From assembly GCA_965248445.1 (NCBI GenBank), contig CBDFJG010000002.1, positions 160,001 to 224,000 of the forward strand: a DNA stretch of 64,000 nucleotides. The letters run 5' to 3'. This DNA comes from Planctomycetota bacterium. GTDB taxonomy: Bacteria > Planctomycetota > JAJSAM01 > JAJVHW01. Position 1 is the stretch's first letter. The number at the start of each line of letters is the position of its first letter. The notes beneath the pieces were generated by a model, which made no database searches, had not been told where the DNA came from, and was given only the letters and a program-made list of their open reading frames with translations. This document shows positions 28,379-37,507 of the stretch, piece by piece. Made by a program: the position numbers and the translations under genes.

Positions 28379-28840
28379 ATGTCCAGACCGTCCGTGCGAA
28401 TAGAGACCACGCTCCCCGCAACCCCCGACGCCCTCTTCCGCGGCTTCACCGACGCCGAGCTGTTCGGCAAGTGGTTCATGGTGGACTGGGGGGAACGCTG
28501 CACCGCCGACGTTCGCGTCGGCGGCCGCTACGAGCTACACGGCAAGACGCCGCACGGAACGCCCGTCTGGTGCGAGGGCGAGTACAAGACCGTCGACGCG
28601 CCGAACCACATCCGCTTCACGTTCCTCTGGCACGGCAACCCCGACGTCGAGTTCTCGAACGTGCCGGAGACGTGGCCGCAGCCGATGGACGTGACGCTGC
28701 GCGCCGTCGAGGGCGGCACCGAGGTGACGTTCGTGCACGAGGAGGTCGCGCACGAGAAGAGCGGCCAGGGCCACGAAGGTGCGTGGCGCATGGGGCTGAA
28801 GATGCTCGGTGAGCTCGTGGCGGCGGAAGGCGGCGCGTGA
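28379..28840 (+). CDS. SRPBCC/AHSA1 (START-like) domain protein
   Basis: ATPDALFRGFTDAELFGKW, DVRVGGRY, GTEVTFVHE...GHEGAW. Confidence 0.88.
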   Translation: MSRPSVRIETTLPATPDALFRGFTDAELFGKWFMVDWGERCTADVRVGGRYELHGKTPHGTPVWCEGEYKTVDAPNHIRFTFLWHGNPDVEFSNVPETWPQPMDVTLRAVEGGTEVTFVHEEVAHEKSGQGHEGAWRMGLKMLGELVAAEGGA

Positions 28841-29295
28841 CGACGGCTGCGCCTCCGCGCACGCCCGCCCGCCCGGGGCTGGCACGGACGCCGCGACTGC
28901 GGCGCGCGGTGATGTGGTGTGTGGCGGCGCCGTTCATGGTCGTCATCGGCTGGGCCCTGCTGAGTCTGATCGCGTGGCACGTGCTGCCGGAGCCGGAGCC
29001 GTACCCGAACACCGTGTGGCTCTGCGAGACCGCGGCGCGTCCGCATGCCGACCCGCGTCTGTCTCCCGATGGTCCACCGGTGGTCGACTGGCGCGTCGGC
29101 ACAATGCGCGCGGTGGGCACACCGGAACGCATCGACGGGGCCATGGTCTTTCCGGGAGAGAACTTCACGCGCAAGTTGCGCACACTCCTCGAGGTTCCGA
29201 CGCACTCCGTCGGCTGCGCGCGTCCCAGCTCGCGCCCACGCGGCCGCGTAGTGAACATGGACGGCGAGACCTGGGTCGAGTTCTCGAACCACTAG
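28837..29295 (+). CDS. Hypothetical membrane-anchored protein
   Basis: GTGA overlap; one TM segment. Confidence 0.55.
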   Translation: MTTAAPPRTPARPGLARTPRLRRAVMWCVAAPFMVVIGWALLSLIAWHVLPEPEPYPNTVWLCETAARPHADPRLSPDGPPVVDWRVGTMRAVGTPERIDGAMVFPGENFTRKLRTLLEVPTHSVGCARPSSRPRGRVVNMDGETWVEFSNH

Positions 29296-29328
29296 TCCGT
29301 CGCACCGCAGATGCGTAGAAGCGGACGC

Positions 29329-29580
29329 CTACTTCTCGGTAGCGCGCTCCAGTTCGGCGGCCTTCGCCTCGAGTTCTGCCGCCTTCTTGCGGAGCTTGGC
29401 GGCTTCCTCGCGCAGCTTCTGCGCTTCCTCGAGCAGACGCTCTGTACGCTTCGTGTCCGGGACCGGCGTGTCGCCGGCCTTCGCCTTGTCGCGGTTCGCG
29501 CGGATCTCTGCCCAGACCCTCTTCTCCATCTCGGGCACGTCCCCGCGACAGCCCGCCACGTCGAGCGTCTCGAGGTTCAC
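29329..29580 (-). CDS. Small coiled-coil hypothetical protein
   Basis: SD GGAG before GTG; C-terminal EEAQKLREEAAKLRKKAAELEAKA heptads. Confidence 0.55.
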   Translation of the reverse strand: MNLETLDVAGCRGDVPEMEKRVWAEIRANRDKAKAGDTPVPDTKRTERLLEEAQKLREEAAKLRKKAAELEAKAAELERATEK

Positions 29581-29622
29581 GATCGCTCCGAGTGACGCCA
29601 GCCTGGCGTCCGTGAAGCTGGG

Positions 29623-29994
29623 TCACGGCAAGGAGAGGCGCAACGTCTCCAACTGGGTCAGCGCGCCGAGCGCGGCGAACTCCTTGTCGTAGAGGAACGG
29701 GTCCCCCACGAGGGTCAGCGAACGCAGCTTCTTGAAGTGCGCGAGCATCTCGAGGGTGCGGAGGTCGATCTGGTTGCTGGGATTCGAGATCGACAGCGTC
29801 GTGAGCCCCGGCGTGCGGCGCACAAGCGCCGCGACCAGATCCGGCCCGTCGATGCGCACGCGCACCGACGTCGTCTCCGAGGGGAGTTCCTCCACCTGAT
29901 CCAGGCGGGTGAGCCACGGCTTCTCCTGCGCGGTCGCCGGGCTCGCAACGAACGCGAGCGCGAGAGCAAAGAGAGCGGTCTGAGCGAGTCGCAT
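29623..29994 (-). CDS. Small secreted leucine-rich-repeat-like protein
   Basis: SD AAGGAGG, signal peptide, LTTLSIS / LRSLTLV / LETLRLS LRR-like units. Confidence 0.6.
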   Translation of the reverse strand: MRLAQTALFALALAFVASPATAQEKPWLTRLDQVEELPSETTSVRVRIDGPDLVAALVRRTPGLTTLSISNPSNQIDLRTLEMLAHFKKLRSLTLVGDPFLYDKEFAALGALTQLETLRLSLP

Positions 29995-30028
29995 GTGAGG
30001 CCTCCTTCTCCATCGTGCCGGGAGACCC

Positions 30029-30343
30029 GTGCTGGATTCCCGCGCGCTCGTCCCGTACGAGGGATGCATGGCGATGTTCCCCACCAGGAACCCCTTCGCG
30101 CTGGCGGCGTACTACCTCGGCCTCTTCGGGCTCATCCCCTACGTCGGCATCGCGCTCGGCCCCGTGGCGATCCTGCTCGGCATCGCGGGGCTCGCGAAGT
30201 CGCGGAAGGACCCGAAGGCACAGGGCGGCGGGCACGCGTGGACCGGGATCGTCACCGGGACGATCGGACTGGTCGTCTGGGGAGGCGCGGCGCTCGGCTA
30301 CTGGGTGCTGCCGTTCCGCAACCCGCTCGACATGGGCGGCTAG
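30029..30343 (+). CDS. DUF4190-like small membrane protein
   Basis: NPFALAAYYLGLFGLIP..GIALGPVAILLGIAGL...GGGHAWTGIVTG; exact start uncertain. Confidence 0.75.
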   Translation: MLDSRALVPYEGCMAMFPTRNPFALAAYYLGLFGLIPYVGIALGPVAILLGIAGLAKSRKDPKAQGGGHAWTGIVTGTIGLVVWGGAALGYWVLPFRNPLDMGG

Positions 30344-30349
30344 AGCCGG

Positions 30350-31312
30350 CTACTCCGCGCCGGGTTCGATCAGGACGCGATACAGCTCGCTCTTCGGCGA
30401 GATCACCAGCGTGTGGTTCCGTCCGACGATCTTGGTGTACGTCTCGAGCGTGCGCCAGAACGCGTAGAAGTCGGCGTCCTTCTCGTACGCATCCGCAAAG
30501 ATGCGCGCGGCGTCGGCGTCCGCCTTCGCAACGATCTCGAGCGCCTTGCGCTCCGCCTCGGAACTGATCGTCTTCTGCTCGCGCTCGACCTCGCCCTGGA
30601 TCTCGGCCTTGCGTCCGCCGCCCTCGGAACGGAAGCGCTCCGCGATGCGGTTGCGCTCCGAGATCATGCGCGCGTACACGGCCTGGCGCACGTCCTTGCG
30701 GTAGTTCAGGCGCTTGATGCGGATGTCCTTCAACTCGATGCCGTAGTTCAGCGCGAGCACCTTGGCGGACGCGAGGATGCGCTGCTCGATGACGTCGCGG
30801 CCCTCTTCCACGCGTTCGATCTGGTCCGTCGAGACACCGATCGTGTCCTGGTGGTCGGAGGACACCGTCGGTTCGTCGATCACACGATTCGACGCGCGGA
30901 CGACCTCCACCAGCCGGTGCGCGCTGATCTGGTCGCGCGTCGCCGAGTCGAGGATGTCGTCGAGGCGCGTCTGCGCGCCCTCGTTCGTGCGCACTGTCTG
31001 CAGGAACAGCAGCGGGTCGACGATCCGCCAGCGGGCCGTCGTGTCGATCCAGATGAAGCGCTTGTCCGCGGTCGGCACCTCGTTGCGGTGACCGTCCCAC
31101 TCCATGATGCGCTTGTCGAAGCGCTTGACTTCCTGCACGAACGGCGTCCGGAAGTAGAGCCCGGCCTCCGTGACCGGCTCGCCCCGCGGATCGCCGAACT
31201 GCGTGATGATCACCTGCTCCCACTCGCGAACAACGTACATCGAGGACGACAGCGCGAGGAACGCCGCCGCGCCGACGATCACGAGAGTCACACCGCCGAG
31301 GCCCTTCTTCAT
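30350..31312 (-). CDS. hflC: FtsH protease modulator HflC
   Basis: IITQFG, GLYFRTPF, DIRIKRLN, VYARMISER, FYAFWRTLETY. Confidence 0.93.
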   Translation of the reverse strand: MKKGLGGVTLVIVGAAAFLALSSSMYVVREWEQVIITQFGDPRGEPVTEAGLYFRTPFVQEVKRFDKRIMEWDGHRNEVPTADKRFIWIDTTARWRIVDPLLFLQTVRTNEGAQTRLDDILDSATRDQISAHRLVEVVRASNRVIDEPTVSSDHQDTIGVSTDQIERVEEGRDVIEQRILASAKVLALNYGIELKDIRIKRLNYRKDVRQAVYARMISERNRIAERFRSEGGGRKAEIQGEVEREQKTISSEAERKALEIVAKADADAARIFADAYEKDADFYAFWRTLETYTKIVGRNHTLVISPKSELYRVLIEPGAE

Positions 31313-32316
31313 CGCGGCCCCCCGCCGTCGAGCGGAAGCAGCTTCAGGACACCGCCGGCGTCGTCGGCCACGATGATCCGGGACACGTTCGGAAGGACCG
31401 CCTCGAGCATCTCCATGTACATGCGGTGCCGCGTGACACGAGGCGCGCGCTCGTACTCGAGCCGGAGTGCCTCGAACTGGGCGACCGCGCCCTTCGCGCG
31501 GTTCACGCGGTCGATCGCGTAGCCCTCGGACTCGGCGATGCGTTTCTTCGCTTCACCCCGGGCGAGCGGGATGACGCGGTTGTAGTCCTGCATCGCCTCA
31601 TTCTCGGCGCGGCTACGCTCCTGCTCCGCCTTGTTGACCTCGTTGAAGCTCTGCGCGACCTCTTCGGGCGGCGTGACGTCCTGCAACTGCACAGTCAGGA
31701 TCTGCACGCCTGACTCGTAGTCGTTCAGCGTGCGTTGGAGCTCCGACTGGCTGAGACCCGCGATCGACTCGCGGCCGACGAGCACCTCGTCGATCGAGTG
31801 CTCGCCAACGACCGCGCGCATGGCGGATTCGGCGAGATCACGAATCGTCTTCTCCTGCGCGTGCAGGTTGAACAGCCAATCCTTGGGCTGGAGTATCTGG
31901 TACTGCACGACCCAGTCGATGCTCACTAGGTTCAGATCACCCGTGAGCATCAGCTTGGTCTCGCGGTCCTCCTCGGTGTTCTGGCGGTACTGCGTCCGCA
32001 CGCCGACGTCCGTGGACCCGAACCCGAACTCGAGTTTCTGCACCCTGGTGACCGGCACCTTGATCGCTTTGTCGATACCGAGCGGAAGCTTCCAGTGGAG
32101 TCCCGGCTCGGTCGTCTCCACGTACCTGCCGAAGCGAAGCACGACGGCCTTCTCCTCGGGCTCGACCGTGTAGAAGCTCGAGAAGACGACGATCAGCGCC
32201 AGCAGGGCACCGGCGCCCCACTTCAGGATTCGCGCGATGACGGCCGGATCGATGTCGATCCGCTGCGCGGCTCCCCCCGCCCGCCATCGTCCGTCCGGTC
32301 CCCGTTGTCCTTCCAT
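31309..32316 (-). CDS. hflK: FtsH protease modulator HflK
   Basis: AVVLRFG, MLTGDLNLV, LQDVTPPEEV, IPLARGEA, APRVTRHRMYME. Confidence 0.93.
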   Translation of the reverse strand: MEGQRGPDGRWRAGGAAQRIDIDPAVIARILKWGAGALLALIVVFSSFYTVEPEEKAVVLRFGRYVETTEPGLHWKLPLGIDKAIKVPVTRVQKLEFGFGSTDVGVRTQYRQNTEEDRETKLMLTGDLNLVSIDWVVQYQILQPKDWLFNLHAQEKTIRDLAESAMRAVVGEHSIDEVLVGRESIAGLSQSELQRTLNDYESGVQILTVQLQDVTPPEEVAQSFNEVNKAEQERSRAENEAMQDYNRVIPLARGEAKKRIAESEGYAIDRVNRAKGAVAQFEALRLEYERAPRVTRHRMYMEMLEAVLPNVSRIIVADDAGGVLKLLPLDGGGPR

Positions 32317-32373
32317 CTCCTCAGCCTACGCGCATCACCGGCCATCGGTACGCAAACACTGCGGTCGGGGACG

Positions 32374-33864
32374 TCACCGCTCCCGGCGGAGTACGATCAG
32401 CGGGTAGAGCTGGGCCGTCGTCGGCACGCTCGGACCCCATTGCGGGTCTCCGAGGTACGGGAGCCACGGCGCCCGCAGGCGCTCGGTGCTGGGCGCCAGG
32501 CGGTCCACCTCGCGCCACCGCCCGCCTGCAGCCTCGGCGAAGCGCTCCGCGAGACCGGGCTCTGCAACGATGACGTCGATCCTGGCGTAGTCTTCGGCGG
32601 TCAGGTACCCCGCCGCGCCCGGCGACGTCACACTGCGGGCATGGAGGCGCGCACCGTAGTAGGCCTGGTAGCCGATGAGCGCGTCATCGTCCGGGCTCAC
32701 GTTCTGCTCGACGAAGCTCGCGGCACGGAGCGGGTCACGGGCGTCCCACTGCAGGACCGTGACCGCCGTGCGCGCCGGAAGACCGACCAGCAGCGCCAGC
32801 ACGACCCCGGTGGCGAGAGTGCGCGCCTTCCAGCGAGCGACCGGGACAGCGAGCGTCCCGTCCAGGACCGCGAGCGCGGCGAGCGCTACCGGAAGGAACG
32901 CCGTCCATGTGTAGTAGGACCGATAGCGGCCGAGGAGCATGAAGACGACGGGGATCGCGACGAACGCGACGATGCCCGTCACCAGCGCGCGCACGACGTC
33001 CCCCCGCCGCTCGCGCGGAATCAGGAACGCGCACGCCGCCAGGACGACGAGCAAGATCGACGTCGACCAGTCCGTCAGCAGGACGCCGGGCAGCGCGGCG
33101 GCCGTCGTGGCGATCCGATCCGGCACGGACGCGGGCAGTGCGTGCGGTCCCGAGAAGGACGCCACCATCTCCGAGTACGTCCCCAGCGCAGCATGCACGC
33201 CCCCGAACGCGACGGCGCTCGCGAGCGTGCCCGCGAACACGGCCGCCGCGCGCGATACGCCCGCGCGTCCGGCGGCCAGCACGATGAGCAGCGCGACCAG
33301 GACGCCGTACGCCGGCACGTAGGGTCCCGCGAACGCGCCGAGGAGCGAGAGACCGAACAGCCACGCAACCGCCCGACGGCGCGACGGGTCGTGGAACGCC
33401 CACCACCCGGTACAGACCAGCAGGATGGCGACCGAGTCGTAGCGTCCGCTCCGGTACGTGCGCGCCATCCCGTACCCGCACAACACGAGTGCCGGAACCG
33501 CCGCGCGCAGTCCCGCCCCGCGCAGCCGCCCCCAGCGCACGGCGCCCCGCCAGGCGAGCAACGCGGCGCACGCCGCGAGCAGGATGCCGAGACTCCGCGC
33601 TGCCAGCGGGCCAATGCCGAACACGCTCAGCCACGGCACGAGTGCCAGCGGGTAGAGCGTCGTGCGCGCGAACAACGCGCCATCGCGGAACGGCGAAACC
33701 GTGGACGTGAACCCGTTGCCGAGCACGGAGTTGATCGCGGCATCGGCGACCTGAACCTCGTCCTGCCACACCGTGGGTGACCGCGAACCCGTTACCAGGT
33801 TGACGCAGGTCAGGGTCGCGATCAGCGCCAGAACGACGATCAGTTCGCGCCGCGCGGAGATCAC
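32374..33864 (-). CDS. Multi-TM GT-C fold glycosyltransferase-like (PMT/ArnT-like) protein
   Basis: N-terminal TM followed by VWQDE, RYD motif, about 10 TM segments. Confidence 0.65.
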   Translation of the reverse strand: MISARRELIVVLALIATLTCVNLVTGSRSPTVWQDEVQVADAAINSVLGNGFTSTVSPFRDGALFARTTLYPLALVPWLSVFGIGPLAARSLGILLAACAALLAWRGAVRWGRLRGAGLRAAVPALVLCGYGMARTYRSGRYDSVAILLVCTGWWAFHDPSRRRAVAWLFGLSLLGAFAGPYVPAYGVLVALLIVLAAGRAGVSRAAAVFAGTLASAVAFGGVHAALGTYSEMVASFSGPHALPASVPDRIATTAAALPGVLLTDWSTSILLVVLAACAFLIPRERRGDVVRALVTGIVAFVAIPVVFMLLGRYRSYYTWTAFLPVALAALAVLDGTLAVPVARWKARTLATGVVLALLVGLPARTAVTVLQWDARDPLRAASFVEQNVSPDDDALIGYQAYYGARLHARSVTSPGAAGYLTAEDYARIDVIVAEPGLAERFAEAAGGRWREVDRLAPSTERLRAPWLPYLGDPQWGPSVPTTAQLYPLIVLRRER

Positions 33865-33880
33865 GTGCGCGCCGCTGCGC

Positions 33881-34411
33881 TCAGTTGGCGCGCACGAGGT
33901 TCATCTTCCCGACGAATCCCCGGCTGCCGTCCTTCTGGCGGATAGTCCAGACCGTATCCACGCGATCGGGTCCGAGGAACCGGATGTCCGCCCAGTGCAT
34001 GTGCGGGTTGTCCGAGTCGTCCTCGCCGCCGACGGCAAACGCCTCGAACGTCACACGGTTCTCGTCCGTGATCGGGTCCGCGTACATCGTCGGCTGGTTT
34101 CCCATCGCGCAGTAGTGCGTGAGTCGCAGGTTGCGGTCGTCCAGCGTGTACACCGTGACCATCTCGTGGTCCATGCCCGCGAACTCCGTCTCGATGACGG
34201 CGCTGCCGGCGGCTGTGACCTCGTAGATCACCTCGGTCCCCGCTTCGGCGACGGCGCCCTCGACGTCCATCTGCACCCAGCGGCCCTCGAGGCTCTTCAG
34301 CTTCTCGAAGATGGCCTCGGCCTTGGCGGACTGCTCCGCCCGCCGCGACTGTCCGGGAGTGACGCACCCCGCGAGGGCTAGAACCAGCGCTGCACCGATC
34401 GGAAATCTCAT
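33881..34411 (-). CDS. Hypothetical lipoprotein
   Basis: Lipobox LAGC; conserved-looking EMVTVY, LTHYCAMGNQP, PHMH; SD GGGAGG. Confidence 0.8.
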   Translation of the reverse strand: MRFPIGAALVLALAGCVTPGQSRRAEQSAKAEAIFEKLKSLEGRWVQMDVEGAVAEAGTEVIYEVTAAGSAVIETEFAGMDHEMVTVYTLDDRNLRLTHYCAMGNQPTMYADPITDENRVTFEAFAVGGEDDSDNPHMHWADIRFLGPDRVDTVWTIRQKDGSRGFVGKMNLVRAN

Positions 34412-34517
34412 CGGTCTTCCTCCCGCCGCGTTTCGTTCGTCTGTTGTGTCCCGCTCGACTGGGGCGCGCGGGAGAGTAGCCGAGACGCGAACGCGACGTC
34501 ACGGGTAGCCTCTCGGC

Positions 34518-35480
34518 ATGGAATACCGCAGGCTCGGTAGATGGGGAATTCAGGTCAGCGCGCTCTCGCTCGGCGGCTGGACCACGTTCGGCAGCAGCGT
34601 CAAGGACCCGGGAGAGGTCCGCGCGCTCCTGACGACGGCCTACGAGGCGGGCGTGAACTTCTTCGACATCGCCGACGCGTACGCGCGGGGCGGCGCCGAG
34701 GAGATGATGGGCGCCGTGCTGCGCGACTTCCCGCGGCACACATTCGTCGTGTCGTCGAAGTGCTACTGGCCCATGAGCGACGCCGCAAACGACCGCGGGT
34801 TGTCGCGCAAGCACGTCATGGAGTCCGTCGAGAAGAGCCTTAGGCGGCTGGGCACGGACTACCTCGACCTGTTCTTCTGCCATCGCTTCGATTCCGAGAC
34901 GCCGCTGGACGAGACGGTGCGGGCCTTCGAGGACCTGATCCGCCAGGGCAAGCTCCTCCACTGGGGCACGAGCGAGTGGACGGGCGCCCAGATCAAGGCG
35001 GCGTGCGACATCGCGGCGGGCTGGAACGCATACGCGCCGATTGTCGAACAGCCGCAGTACAGCCTGCTCACGCGGGCCAAGGTCGAGGGAGACGTGCGGC
35101 CGGCGGCGGCGGAGCACGGTCTCGGCATCGTCGTCTGGAGTCCGCTCGCGTCCGGTCTGCTCACCGGCAAGTACGACGACGGCATCCCGGAGGGATCCCG
35201 TCTCTCGCGCATCCAGTTCCTCCGGGACCGGCTCGCACAGCGCGAACACCTCGATCGAGTCCGGCTGATGAAGGGCGTGGCGGACGACGTCGGCTGCTCA
35301 CGGACGCAACTCGCGCTGGCGTGGGCGGCCGCGCAACCCGGCATCTCGAGCGTCATCCTCGGCGCGACCTCGGTGGAGCAGCTCACAGAGAACCTCGGCG
35401 CGGAGAACGTGAAGATCACCGACGAGGTGGGCGCGCGGCTCGACGAGATCTTCCCGCCCGACCTCGCGCTCGCGGACTGA
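34518..35480 (+). CDS. Aldo/keto reductase (Kv-beta-like subfamily)
   Basis: MEYRRLGRWG, NFFDIADAY, GLSRKHV, WGTSEW, EQPQYS, WSPLASGLLTGKY. Confidence 0.93.
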   Translation: MEYRRLGRWGIQVSALSLGGWTTFGSSVKDPGEVRALLTTAYEAGVNFFDIADAYARGGAEEMMGAVLRDFPRHTFVVSSKCYWPMSDAANDRGLSRKHVMESVEKSLRRLGTDYLDLFFCHRFDSETPLDETVRAFEDLIRQGKLLHWGTSEWTGAQIKAACDIAAGWNAYAPIVEQPQYSLLTRAKVEGDVRPAAAEHGLGIVVWSPLASGLLTGKYDDGIPEGSRLSRIQFLRDRLAQREHLDRVRLMKGVADDVGCSRTQLALAWAAAQPGISSVILGATSVEQLTENLGAENVKITDEVGARLDEIFPPDLALAD

Positions 35481-35611
35481 CCGCCCGGCACCCCCACTCT
35501 CGGGGCTGACTCGCGGCGCCGCGACGCGCCCATGTGTGTCGCGTGTGACCGACGGCCCCATTCGCTAGCATGCGGCGTGCGCGGCGGCGAGACACCGCGC
35601 CGGGGGGCGCG

Positions 35612-37195
35612 GTGCGCGAGCTGGTCCAGGCGCTCAAGGACTTCGCGACCGGGGAGCTGGCCACGCTACTCCTCGCGGTGGGCATCCTGATCGCCGGTTG
35701 GATCGTCGGTGACATCCTGGCGCGCGCGGTTCGCGCGATTCTCGCGCGAACGTTGTTCTCTGGCTCATCCGCTGACGCGGATGACGCGGTTGGAGATGGA
35801 CGGTCTGGCGCGGGTGACGCGGTTGGAGACGAGCGTTCTCGCTCATCTGACCGCATTGATGAACCGGGGTTGCTCCGCAAGCTGACCGGGCGTCTTCCGC
35901 TGGCCTCGGTCGCTGCCGAGGTCGTGCGCTGGACGGTGGTCGTGTATGCGGCGCTTCTGTTCGCCGACACGCTCGGGCTCGAAAACGCCGCCGGTCCGGT
36001 CTCTGCGCTGATGACCGGAGCGCTCGAGAGTCTGCCGCGCATCGCCAGCGGGCTGTTCGTGCTCGCGCTCGGGTTCGGGATCGCGACGATCGTGGGCCGC
36101 TACGTGCCGAAGTTCATCAACGCGTCCAAGCTCGCGAAGCGGCTGGACCAGGCGGGTGAGGAAGGCGACGGCGACACGTTCGGCGAGTCGCTCGGCACCA
36201 CACTGCATGCCCTCATCGTGCTGTTCGCGCTGCTGATCGCGCTGGATCTGATGCGCCTCGAAGGCGTCGTCGAGCCCTTGACCGGCCCCGCGACGGCGTT
36301 CCTGGCCTTCCTACCGCGACTGGTCGTGGTGGCGGCGATCCTGGGTGGCGGCTACGTCCTCGCGCGGGTGGTGCGCGCTGCGGTCACGGCAGTGCTCGCA
36401 TCGCTCGGCATCGACGAGATCGGGCGCAAGGCCGGGCTCGAACGGGCTGGGATCTCGCGCATCTCCGGGCTCTGTGGCGCGATCGCGTTCGTCTTCGTGC
36501 TGCTGCCGGTGGTCGCCGCGGCGCTCGACGCGATCGGGATAGAGGGTGTCGCCGGGACAACGGGTTCGCTCATCGGCACCTTCCTCGGCGGACTGCCGAC
36601 TCTGCTCTACGCGGCTCTGGTCGTCTTCGTCGGCGTGGTGTTCGGCCGGCTGCTCGGGGGGTTTGCCGTGGACCTCCTGGCCCGCATCGGCTTCGACGGC
36701 ATCCTCGCAAAGCTGGGCATGGACGAAGCCGACCACGAACTGCCCGAGGCGCGGCGGCCGTCCCGCGTGGCCGGGACGCTGGTGCGTATCGCAGTGATCG
36801 TCTTCGCCGCGGCCGAGGCGTGTGACCTGCTCGGGTTTGGCCAGGTGGGAGACGCGCTGCTCGGCACCTGCGCCCTCGCCGGAGACTGGATACTCGGAAT
36901 CGTGATCTTCGGGTTCGGCCTGTGGCTGGCCGGGCTCCTGGCGGACCTGGTCCGGCGCCAAGGCACGCCCTCGAGCGGTGTCCTGGCGGCGGCGACCCGG
37001 GTGTCGATCGGGCTCCTGGCCGCCATCGTGGCGTTGGAGGAGATGGGCCTGGCCCGCTGGACGGTGGCCAACGGATTCCTGTCCGCCCTGGCCGGGATCG
37101 CGCTCGGCGTCGGGCTGGCGTTCGGGCTGGGGGGCGGGCGACATGCCCGCGACCTCGTGAACAGTTGGCGAAGGGAGATCGATTCAGGACACTGA
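35612..37195 (+). CDS. TM-helix-repeat (MscS first-TM / CmpX-like) membrane protein, paralog 1, carrying a repeat-derived insertion
   Basis: Repeated LP.L..A..I...G units, ARIGFD, C-terminal GLAFGLGG. Start could be 35570. Confidence 0.82.
   Translation: MRELVQALKDFATGELATLLLAVGILIAGWIVGDILARAVRAILARTLFSGSSADADDAVGDGRSGAGDAVGDERSRSSDRIDEPGLLRKLTGRLPLASVAAEVVRWTVVVYAALLFADTLGLENAAGPVSALMTGALESLPRIASGLFVLALGFGIATIVGRYVPKFINASKLAKRLDQAGEEGDGDTFGESLGTTLHALIVLFALLIALDLMRLEGVVEPLTGPATAFLAFLPRLVVVAAILGGGYVLARVVRAAVTAVLASLGIDEIGRKAGLERAGISRISGLCGAIAFVFVLLPVVAAALDAIGIEGVAGTTGSLIGTFLGGLPTLLYAALVVFVGVVFGRLLGGFAVDLLARIGFDGILAKLGMDEADHELPEARRPSRVAGTLVRIAVIVFAAAEACDLLGFGQVGDALLGTCALAGDWILGIVIFGFGLWLAGLLADLVRRQGTPSSGVLAAATRVSIGLLAAIVALEEMGLARWTVANGFLSALAGIALGVGLAFGLGGGRHARDLVNSWRREIDSGH
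35757..35848. repeat. REP-like palindromic repeat cluster inside CDS
   Basis: TCTCTGGCTCATCCGCTGACGCGGATGACGCGG (35757-35789) is identical to 37197-37229; internal hairpin TCATCCGC-TGAC-GCGGATGA; degenerate second unit at about 35806-35829. Confidence 0.8.
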
Positions 37196-37196
37196 G

Positions 37197-37293
37197 TCTC
37201 TGGCTCATCCGCTGACGCGGATGACGCGGCTCTCTTCGTGAGCGAAGACCGGATCTGGCTCATCTGCTGACGCGGGTGACGCGATGACGCGGG
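37197..37293. repeat. Intergenic REP-like cluster (two palindromic units flanking a small TCTTCG-TGAG-CGAAGA hairpin)
   Basis: Units at 37197-37229 and 37254-37283 (TCTGGCTCATCTGCTGACGCGGGTGACGCG). Confidence 0.8.
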
Positions 37294-37507
37294 TCCTCCG
37301 CGAACGGAAGGGGCGCTCGCACTCGGCCGTACGGGTCGCCAGATCCGGGCGCTCCAGCCGGCAGGGGGAAACCGGCGGGAGCGGTGGCAGGGCCGCATGC
37401 GAGACTGAAGTGGTGCCGGGCGCGGAGACACGCCGCGTACCGTGACAGTTGGCGGGCATAGCGGCGTGGGCGACCCCAGGGTCGAACCGTGCTCACTGGA
37501 GGAAGAC

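Noticed and set aside
35757..37293. 33-bp palindromic repeats as a CRISPR array
   Set aside because: Only 2 exact copies, 1.4 kb apart; no regular spacers and no cas genes
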